The notes: generated by a model not told the origin, from the sequence alone. A DNA stretch of 24,000 bases from Methanocorpusculum sp. UBA424 (GCA_002498375.1 DAHC01000002.1:15860-39859), one strand, 5' to 3'. Counted from the first letter of the stretch, positions 16,431 to 22,254 are shown. Numbers and translations are program-made.

Positions 16431-16743
16431 ATCCGGGAATACAGCAGGAGCAGCAGTGGGTTTTTCGTTCGATGAGGTGGTCGGAGACATGCAGGATCTG
16501 TTTGATCTCTTCATCGGTCGGATACCTGCCGGTGATCATGACAAAGTCATTGACAACGACGGCCGGGAGGATTTTCTCGCCGTGCCGTGACATAAGACGG
16601 ACGATGTTTGGGTTGGCATCGCATGTTGCCCGCTCTATCAGAATGCCTTTGGGTTTGAGCCGGTCGATGATCTCAGTGATCCGGATGTACTCGGGATCGG
16701 TCGTGTCCGGGTCTTGTGCTTCGTAAAGACACATTGATGACAT
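16414..16743 (-). CDS. ArsD-like protein lacking the N-terminal Cys triad
   Basis: GILIERATCDANP...LPAVVVNDFVMITGRYPTDEEI aligns with the ArsD core (IERFNLAQQP...LPLLLLDGETVMAGRYPKRAEL). The C-terminal tail is HCCSCCIPGYECDE. Alternative ATG at 16734 (MCLYEAQ...). Confidence 0.7.
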   Translation of the reverse strand: MSSMCLYEAQDPDTTDPEYIRITEIIDRLKPKGILIERATCDANPNIVRLMSRHGEKILPAVVVNDFVMITGRYPTDEEIKQILHVSDHLIERKTHCCSCCIPGYECDE

Positions 16744-16752
16744 ATATTATTA

Positions 16753-16765
16753 TATTCACATATTT
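16753..16765 (-). promoter_or_regulatory. AT-rich promoter box (TATA candidate) for the arsD-like/arsR unit
   Basis: The plus-strand sequence tattcacatattt is 12/13 identical to tatttacatattt at 18579-18591, upstream of the AbrB-like gene. Its centre is about 26 nt from ATG 16734, consistent with a leaderless transcript. Confidence 0.4.
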
Positions 16766-16815
16766 GCATATAATGATTTTCAAAAGGTGCGGGTGAGGGC
16801 ACCCCCAAATCCCGT

Positions 16816-17166
16816 TTACCGCTCCTTCTTCCCGCAGTCGCAGACCGCAGCTTTTTGTTTCGGTGCGGAACTTCCGCAGCAGGAACTTCCCTCGCCGCAG
16901 CAGGCTTCGGTGTCCATGTCCTTTCCCCGGAGTGCGGCGCCGATCATCCCCCACGCACAACCGACCCCGCTTTGAACGATGATAGCCTGGACAGGGCAGT
17001 TGAGAGCGCAGGCTCCGCATTCCATGCAGGCAGAAGGCCGGTCGAGGATCACACGGGTCCGGCCTGCAGTAAAAACTGCATGGGGACAGACCTGCGTGCA
17101 GCGTCTGCAGTTTATACAAAGTGCCGGATCAAAGGAAAGACTCGTTTCGGTGTAGGAATTAAACAT
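16816..17166 (-). CDS. hgcB: Mercury-methylation ferredoxin HgcB (2x[4Fe-4S]) with an extended Cys-rich C-terminal tail
   Basis: There are two CxxCxxCxxxCP motifs (CINCRRCTQVCP, CMECGACALNCP), and it lies immediately downstream of hgcA. ATG 17166 is preceded by GGGGTGATC, complementary to the 16S 3' end. The track start at 17196 is TTG. The tail is EACCGEGSSCCGSS...CDCGKKER. Confidence 0.88.
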   Translation of the reverse strand: MFNSYTETSLSFDPALCINCRRCTQVCPHAVFTAGRTRVILDRPSACMECGACALNCPVQAIIVQSGVGCAWGMIGAALRGKDMDTEACCGEGSSCCGSSAPKQKAAVCDCGKKER

Positions 17167-17170
17167 CAGA

Positions 17171-18235
17171 TCACCCCAGAATTCTGGATACGCCAAGGAT
17201 AATACCGCTTATCACGCCGAGCGCCGCCATTCCCGCCATGACCTTGACATACGAAAAGATCTCCTTCTTGACCCCTGTTCGTGAGGTAAACGGTGTGCAG
17301 CCGGTGAAGTTCAGGGCAAGATACGAGATAACCGGCGTGATGAGAAGGAAGGCCGCAGCGGCTGAAAGGACGCCGGCCCATACCGGCAGGTTCGGATCTG
17401 TGCCAAAAACATACGCGAAGGGGAGCGATACGATCATGCCAAGGATCATCCCTTTGGTCGAAAAGTCCCGTGTCGGGAGAACGGGCAGAAGCAGAGGAAA
17501 AAGCACGGTGCCTGCAAGGACTGCGGATAGTGCGGCAAGCGATGCGACGGGTCCGGCAAGAAACCAAAGTGCCGCGGCGGCTGCAAGAGCCGGAAGCGCC
17601 GCGTGCATGAACTCGACAGGCGTCAAAACGAGCCGGTCCCGCAAAGAGAATTCGACACGCCGCATGGCAGGCGTCGCCGTGTGCGTTTTCAGATACTCCG
17701 GCAGATCGTCTGCACGGACCGGGCCGTACTCGACGATGAACTTCGTCCTCTGCGCCACTTCCTGCCAGGAGACACCGGGCGCTCCAAGCTGGGGAACGAT
17801 GATTGTCCTGTGCGAGACGAGCGAAGCAAGGCCTGAGGATTCTATTCTGCGGACGAGTTCATCCGTTCCAAACGTTCCCTTTCCGGCGGCGCACCAGACG
17901 TTGATCCCCTTCGTGTCCAGAACAAGGATCCATGCATCGATTCCTGCAAGCGCTGAACGGAGGGCATCAAAACTGAGAGAATAGTTTGCCGAGGCAAAAG
18001 CCGGGGATTCTGTATTTGGATCCCCGAGCTGATACAGGCCGGGTTCGACACGGTGCTCTGACCGGCGCCAGCCGAATCTGGCCAGAAGATGGTCGAGCCT
18101 GTCAGAAAAGGTGATGATGCCCGTGGTCGTTTTAATCTCCGGGGATCGGGAGCTTTTTTCAGCGCATCCGCAGCTCTGTCCTCCGGACGTCGATGAGCAG
18201 GAGCAGCAGGAGCCGGATGTTTCGGTTATTTTCAT
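17171..18235 (-). CDS. hgcA: Mercury-methylation corrinoid protein HgcA
   Basis: The diagnostic cap-helix motif N-V-W-C-A-A-G-K is encoded at 17879-17902 (GINVWCAAGKGTFG). A corrinoid-binding-like domain is followed by a C-terminal half with about 5 TM helices. ATG 18235 is preferred over the track GTG at 18250. The N-terminus carries SCCSCSSTSGGQSCGC. Confidence 0.92.
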   Translation of the reverse strand: MKITETSGSCCSCSSTSGGQSCGCAEKSSRSPEIKTTTGIITFSDRLDHLLARFGWRRSEHRVEPGLYQLGDPNTESPAFASANYSLSFDALRSALAGIDAWILVLDTKGINVWCAAGKGTFGTDELVRRIESSGLASLVSHRTIIVPQLGAPGVSWQEVAQRTKFIVEYGPVRADDLPEYLKTHTATPAMRRVEFSLRDRLVLTPVEFMHAALPALAAAAALWFLAGPVASLAALSAVLAGTVLFPLLLPVLPTRDFSTKGMILGMIVSLPFAYVFGTDPNLPVWAGVLSAAAAFLLITPVISYLALNFTGCTPFTSRTGVKKEIFSYVKVMAGMAALGVISGIILGVSRILG

Positions 18236-18246
18236 GAATAGGTCCC

Positions 18247-18543
18247 TCACGACCGGTCCTGTTCGTTTAGGAGCGGGCCGAGAATATCCTTTACCATGCA
18301 GCTCAAATTGTCAGCTTTCATCAGAGCAAGACAGCAGATGCTGCCGTTTTTCTCCCAGCTGATGAGTGCGAGTTTGTCTCCGTTTCGGATGCCGGCTTTT
18401 TCCCGCACGTCTTTTGGCAGGACCATCTGCCCGCGTTCATCGACGCTGAGTACTGCTTCGATCCGGCAGCCCGTTTCACAACTGCACCCGCAGTCTGAAT
18501 CATTTTTTTGTGATGATGGATCTTCGGTATTTTTTTGGGTCAT
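18247..18543 (-). CDS. Cys-rich AbrB/SpoVT-type DNA-binding protein upstream of hgcA
   Basis: From ATG 18543: MTQKNTEDPSSQKNDSDCGCSCETGC, then a SpoVT/AbrB swapped-hairpin motif (VDERGQMVLPKDVREKAGIRNGDKLAL). The stop lies 11 nt before the hgcA ATG. The longer track ORF (to 18639) runs into the promoter region. Confidence 0.75.
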   Translation of the reverse strand: MTQKNTEDPSSQKNDSDCGCSCETGCRIEAVLSVDERGQMVLPKDVREKAGIRNGDKLALISWEKNGSICCLALMKADNLSCMVKDILGPLLNEQDRS

Positions 18544-18571
18544 AGAGAACTCTTTACTCACGACATAGGCA

Positions 18572-18613
18572 TTCTGACTATTTACATATTTCTGAAAAAT
18601 CAGAATTTTCTGA
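18572..18613 (-). promoter_or_regulatory. Promoter/operator candidate of the AbrB-like-hgcAB unit
   Basis: TTCTGA occurs at 18572, 18590 and 18608 (exact 18-bp phasing), with an inverted TCAGAA at 18600. These interleave with the AT-rich box tatttacatattt (18579-18591), 36 nt upstream of ATG 18543. Confidence 0.4.
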
Positions 18614-18780
18614 ATTGCCGGAGTCTCTCTGTTAAGCAATGTCGGGGTCGGGATCCCCGCCGGCGGTGTCAGGCTGATCGCTTTTGTGCGGGAGGAACGG
18701 GTGTGAAAGAAAGAGGAGGAGCTGTATTCTCCCGATCCAACTCATTGCCTTAATAAACACCGCTCACCCATATTTTGCTA

Positions 18781-20295
18781 ATGATAACTGGTGATCTGAA
18801 GAATAAAATCGACGCGCTCTGGAATATATTCTGGACGGGGGGATTGACCAATCCCCTGGATGTGATCGAACAGATAACCTATCTGATGTTTATCCATGAT
18901 CTGGATGAGATGGATAACATCAAATCGAAGGAGTCGGTGATGCTGAGTGTCCCTTATACGAGTATTTTTGCGGGCGAGATTAAGATTAAGCGGGAGATTA
19001 AGAATGATGAGGAGCCGATTCCTGCAACTCAGCTGAAGTGGTCGGTGTTCCGCGATTTTCCGGCTGCAAAGATGTATGATATCATGCAGCTTGGTGTATT
19101 CCCGTTTATCAAAACATTGCATGCGAATAAGAACAGCGCTTATTCGAAGTATATGGATGACGCGATTTTCAAGGTGCCGACTCCGCAGAAGTTGTCCCAG
19201 ATCGTTGATGCGCTGGATGATATTTTTGCGATGGTGAAATCTGATGCGAAGGATGATACCCGCGGGGATCTGTATGAGTATCTTCTTTCGAAGATTTCAA
19301 CGGCAGGAACGAATGGTCAGTTTCGAACACCGCGTCATATTATCCGGATGATCGTCGAGATGATGGCTCCAAAGCCGGGAGAGGTCATCTGCGATCCGGC
19401 ATGCGGGACGGGCGGGTTTCTGGTGTCTTCGGTGGATTATCTCAAAGAGAAGTATCTGAAGGAGATCTTTTACGATAAGTTGCAGCTTGCGCATTTCAAT
19501 AAGGAAATGTTTACGGGGTTTGATATGGATCGGACGATGCTTCGTATCGGGGCGATGAATATGATGACGCACGGGGTGGAGAATCCAAGAATCGGGTATC
19601 GGGATTCTTTGTCGGATCAGAATCCCGATTTGAATAAGTATTCGCTGATCATGACGAATCCGCCGTTTAAGGGGAGTCTGGATTATGATATCGTTTCTGC
19701 GGATCTTTTGCGTGTTGCGAAGACGAAGAAGACGGAGCTTTTGTTTCTGGCGTTGTTTTTGCGGATGCTGAAGATCGGGGGGCGCTGTGCGTCGATCGTG
19801 CCGGACGGGGTTTTGTTTGGTTCGTCTACGGCGCATAAGGCGGTGCGGCAGGAGATCATTGAGAATAACCGGCTGGAGGCAGTTATTTCGATGCCGTCCG
19901 GGGTGTTTAAGCCGTATGCCGGGGTGTCGACGGCGATCCTGATCTTTACGAAGACGAATCACGGAGGTACGGATAAGGTGTGGTTCTATGATATGGAGGC
20001 GGACGGGTTCAGTCTTGATGATAAGAGGAGTCAGACGAAGGAAAACGATATTCCGGATATCGTTTCCCGGTTCCATGATCTGGCGAAGGAGGAGACACGC
20101 GAACGAACGGAGAAGAGTTTCTTTGTCCCAAAGGCGGAGATCGCGGCGAATGCGTATGATCTTTCGATCAATAAATACAAAAAGGTCGTGTATGAGAGAG
20201 TCGAGTATCAGTCGACGTCGGAGATTTTGTCGGAGCTGAAAGTTCTCGAAGAGGAGATCTCCTACGGGATCTCGGAACTGAAGAGGATGGTGTGA
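18781..20295 (+). CDS. hsdM: Type I restriction-modification system, N6-adenine DNA methyltransferase subunit
   Basis: HsdM N-terminal domain (LWNIFWTGGLTNPLDVIEQITYLMF). SAM motif I (VICDPACGTGGFL) and catalytic motif IV (IMTNPPF). ATG 18781 is preferred over TTG 18775. The TATA-like ttaataaa at 18750-18757 fits a leaderless start. Confidence 0.93.
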   Translation: MITGDLKNKIDALWNIFWTGGLTNPLDVIEQITYLMFIHDLDEMDNIKSKESVMLSVPYTSIFAGEIKIKREIKNDEEPIPATQLKWSVFRDFPAAKMYDIMQLGVFPFIKTLHANKNSAYSKYMDDAIFKVPTPQKLSQIVDALDDIFAMVKSDAKDDTRGDLYEYLLSKISTAGTNGQFRTPRHIIRMIVEMMAPKPGEVICDPACGTGGFLVSSVDYLKEKYLKEIFYDKLQLAHFNKEMFTGFDMDRTMLRIGAMNMMTHGVENPRIGYRDSLSDQNPDLNKYSLIMTNPPFKGSLDYDIVSADLLRVAKTKKTELLFLALFLRMLKIGGRCASIVPDGVLFGSSTAHKAVRQEIIENNRLEAVISMPSGVFKPYAGVSTAILIFTKTNHGGTDKVWFYDMEADGFSLDDKRSQTKENDIPDIVSRFHDLAKEETRERTEKSFFVPKAEIAANAYDLSINKYKKVVYERVEYQSTSEILSELKVLEEEISYGISELKRMV

Positions 20296-20352
20296 TGGTG
20301 GTTTCTGCGTTGACGTTTGGTTCTGCAGTTATGCGTTTTGGCGGTCGAACCG

Positions 20353-20388
20353 ATGTCGGTATAAATGTCGGTATAAATGTCGGTGTAA
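20353..20388 (+). repeat. 12-bp tandem repeat x3 in the hsdM-hsdS linker
   Basis: The units are atgtcggtataa / atgtcggtataa / atgtcggtgtaa. Each unit reads ATG-TCG-GTR-TAA in the hsdS frame. Confidence 0.9.
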
Positions 20389-20406
20389 ATCCGGGGCGGG
20401 TATGTT

Positions 20407-21555
20407 GTGGGGTGTGTTGAGTTGAGGAGAGAGAATTGGAAATATCTCCAGTTTGAAGATGTTTTTGTGGATGTTTCTAAGAGAGGAAAGAAAATTCCTA
20501 AAAGTGATTATTTGTCCGAAGGACGTTTTCCGATTATAGATCAGGGTCAGAAATATGTTGCTGGATATTCAAATTCATCTGAAAAATTGTATTCAGATGT
20601 TCCTGCGTTGATATTTGGAGACCACACACGCATAATAAAATATGTAGATGTACCTTTCTTCTTGGGTGCAGATGGTGTTAAACTGTTAAAATCTAAATTA
20701 TCCGACGTTGATTATAAATTTCTTTATTATGTCCTCTCCCAATTACACATAATTGACACTGGATATAATCGGCATTTCAAGTATCTAAAGGAACAAATCA
20801 TACCTCTCCCGCCCCTTGACGAGCAGAAGCGGATCGCCGACGTGCTCGACAAAGCGTCTGAGCTGATCAAAAAACGCAAAGAGCAGATCCGGCTGATGGA
20901 CGAGCTTGCGAAAAGCCTCTTCATCGAGATGTTCGGCGACCCGGTGGAGAATCCGATGGGGTGGGATGTAAAAAAATTAGGTGATTTGCTTTCTGATTCT
21001 CCTCAAAATGGATTATATAAACCATCTTCAAGCTATGCAAACGGAGATGAAGGTACCCCAATACTGAGAATAGATGCATTTTATGATGGGAAAATTACTG
21101 ATTTATCTCAATTGAAACGGTTACATTGTAATGAAAATGAGATAATACTCTATAGTTTAGAGGAGGGGGATATTGTTATTAATCGCGTAAATAGTATGGA
21201 ATATCTTGGTAAATGTGCTTACATTCCAGTGCTATGTGAGAGTACTGTTTTTGAATCGAATATGATGAGATTGAAAATACAAAGAGATATTCTCCATCCA
21301 CGATATGCTGTATTCTTATTATGTTCCAAATTTATTCAACAACAAATCATGAGTCATGCAAAAAAAGCGGTGAATCAAGCAAGCATTAATCAGACAGATG
21401 TAATGGATTTTAATTTTCATATTCCCCCCCTCTCCCTCCAAAATGAATTCGCCGACCGTATCAACGTGATCGAACAGCAGAAGGCCCTTTTGCAGAACGG
21501 GCTCGCCAAAATGGAGACCGCGTATAAGGCATTGATGCAGGAATACTTCGGGTGA
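20407..21555 (+). CDS. hsdS: Type I restriction-modification system specificity subunit (two TRDs)
   Basis: 382 aa. There are two variable target-recognition domains. They are separated by conserved helices (IPLPPLDEQKRIADVLDKASELIKKRKEQIRLMDELAKSLFIEMFG) and followed by a similar C-terminal helix (PPLSLQNEFADRINVIEQQKALLQN...). There is no ATG near the start; the candidates are GTG 20407 or TTG 20422. Confidence 0.88.
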   Translation: MGCVELRRENWKYLQFEDVFVDVSKRGKKIPKSDYLSEGRFPIIDQGQKYVAGYSNSSEKLYSDVPALIFGDHTRIIKYVDVPFFLGADGVKLLKSKLSDVDYKFLYYVLSQLHIIDTGYNRHFKYLKEQIIPLPPLDEQKRIADVLDKASELIKKRKEQIRLMDELAKSLFIEMFGDPVENPMGWDVKKLGDLLSDSPQNGLYKPSSSYANGDEGTPILRIDAFYDGKITDLSQLKRLHCNENEIILYSLEEGDIVINRVNSMEYLGKCAYIPVLCESTVFESNMMRLKIQRDILHPRYAVFLLCSKFIQQQIMSHAKKAVNQASINQTDVMDFNFHIPPLSLQNEFADRINVIEQQKALLQNGLAKMETAYKALMQEYFG

Positions 21556-21560
21556 AAATC

Positions 21561-21568
21561 TTTTTTTT
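21561..21568 (+). terminator. Oligo-T (T8) terminator candidate after hsdS
   Basis: A T8 tract lies 6 nt after the hsdS stop codon. Confidence 0.5.
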
Positions 21569-21607
21569 AATTCGATTACATGCATGAGAAACCTCTGCCT
21601 TAAAAAA

Positions 21608-21814
21608 TAAAACCAACCGCGAATCGGCGCGAATCCCGCCCTTCGGGCTCCCAGAATCGGATTTGCTGCTCCTCACTCTCGCTCGTTGGGTCTAATCGCA
21701 AGGCAAAGCCTTGCTCAGCTGAGGGCGAGCCTATCGGCTCACCCCGCTCGACCCAACAGCTCGTCCCTTCATCGGGACCGTTCGGGCAAATCCTGTCGGC
21801 GCCCCAGCGCCTCC
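21608..21814 (-). repeat. Structured repeat, copy L (207 bp), left arm of a long inverted repeat
   Basis: It is collinear with the reverse complement of 21909-22064, in three near-identical blocks of about 30, 20 and 55 bp. These are separated by two replaced segments that are themselves hairpins. On the minus strand it ends in T4-A-T6. Confidence 0.85.
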
Positions 21815-21908
21815 TGTGAGCAGGATACTTAATGAGCAGTCCTAAATTTGTAAAATGTGTCCATTTACTGACAATCTTGAGATGGAATGAGAGGAGATAT
21901 TATCGTCG

Positions 21909-22064
21909 GGAGCCGCTGGGGCGGCGACAGGATTTGCCCGAACGCTCCCGATGAAGGGACGAGCAAGACAGCGAAGCTGGATTGCGAGAGTGAGGATAAG
22001 CAAATCCGATTCTGGGAGCAAGCCAAAGGCTTGCGGGATTCGCGCCGATTCGCGGTTGGTTTTT
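21909..22064 (+). repeat. Structured repeat, copy R (156 bp), right arm of the long inverted repeat
   Basis: See copy L. On the plus strand it ends in a T6 tract (22060-22065). Confidence 0.85.
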
Positions 22065-22102
22065 TCTCACGTGTCCACACTTTCCCCTCCTCCTTCCGAA
22101 TT

Positions 22103-22184
22103 GGATTCGCGGCGATTCAAGCGAGGGCTGAAAGCCCGAAGCGGAGAGCAAAGCGAAGCTTTGCGGTTCGCAGTTTGTTTTTTT
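22103..22184 (+). repeat. Rearranged partial third copy of the same repeat family
   Basis: It shares ggattcgcgNcgattc, the gagagcaaagcgaagctttgcgg hairpin module, and the ttcgcRgttNgttttttt end (T7 at 22178-22184), but in a different module order. Confidence 0.65.
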
Positions 22185-22209
22185 CATGAGTCCAAAGCAG
22201 ACCGTTGAT

Positions 22210-22254
22210 CTTCCCGAATCGGGTGACCAGTGACCAGTGATCAGTGATCACCTG
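22210..22254. repeat. Left arm of a 45-bp inverted repeat containing four GTGAYCA heptads
   Basis: The arm reads cttcccgaatcgg-gtgacca-gtgacca-gtgatca-gtgatca-cctg. It matches the reverse complement of 22437-22481 at 40 of 45 positions. Confidence 0.9.

Noticed and set aside
16077-16514. The long 145-aa version of arsR
   Set aside because: The N-terminal 28 residues would overlap the arsD-like gene by 100 nt and are Ser/Thr/Pro-rich. ArsR family proteins start a few residues before the first helix, as with ATG 16430.
17238-17984. 248-aa plus-strand ORF, and several 60-150-aa ORFs overlapping hgcA/hgcB
   Set aside because: They are antisense or off-frame to hgcA, whose frame carries NVWCAAGK and the TM helices. 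They have Ala/Arg/Ser-rich shadow composition.
17171-18235. Treating hgcAB itself as the novel system
   Set aside because: hgcA and hgcB are an established, characterised gene pair, and methanogen copies are known. Only the genomic context and the Cys-rich extensions are reported as potentially new.
19297-20076. 259-aa minus-strand ORF
   Set aside because: It is antisense to hsdM and has an extreme Arg/His/Pro/Ile composition (RRRHPGIRLKHPGRHRNN...). It is a shadow of the G/T-rich third positions of hsdM.
20353-20388. A possible CRISPR array or other spacer-repeat structure (also considered for 22223-22250 and 22441-22468)
   Set aside because: The units are 12 bp and 7 bp, directly abutting with no spacers, and far too short for CRISPR repeats. 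No cas genes are in the window.
21461-22208. Five overlapping ORFs of 71-100 aa on both strands, sharing peptides such as SKSDSGS.K..GIRADSRLV
   Set aside because: The shared peptides simply reflect the inverted nucleotide repeats. The ORFs overlap each other on both strands, are Arg/Ser/Pro-rich, and cross hairpin modules that vary by indels. I treated this region as non-coding structured repeats.
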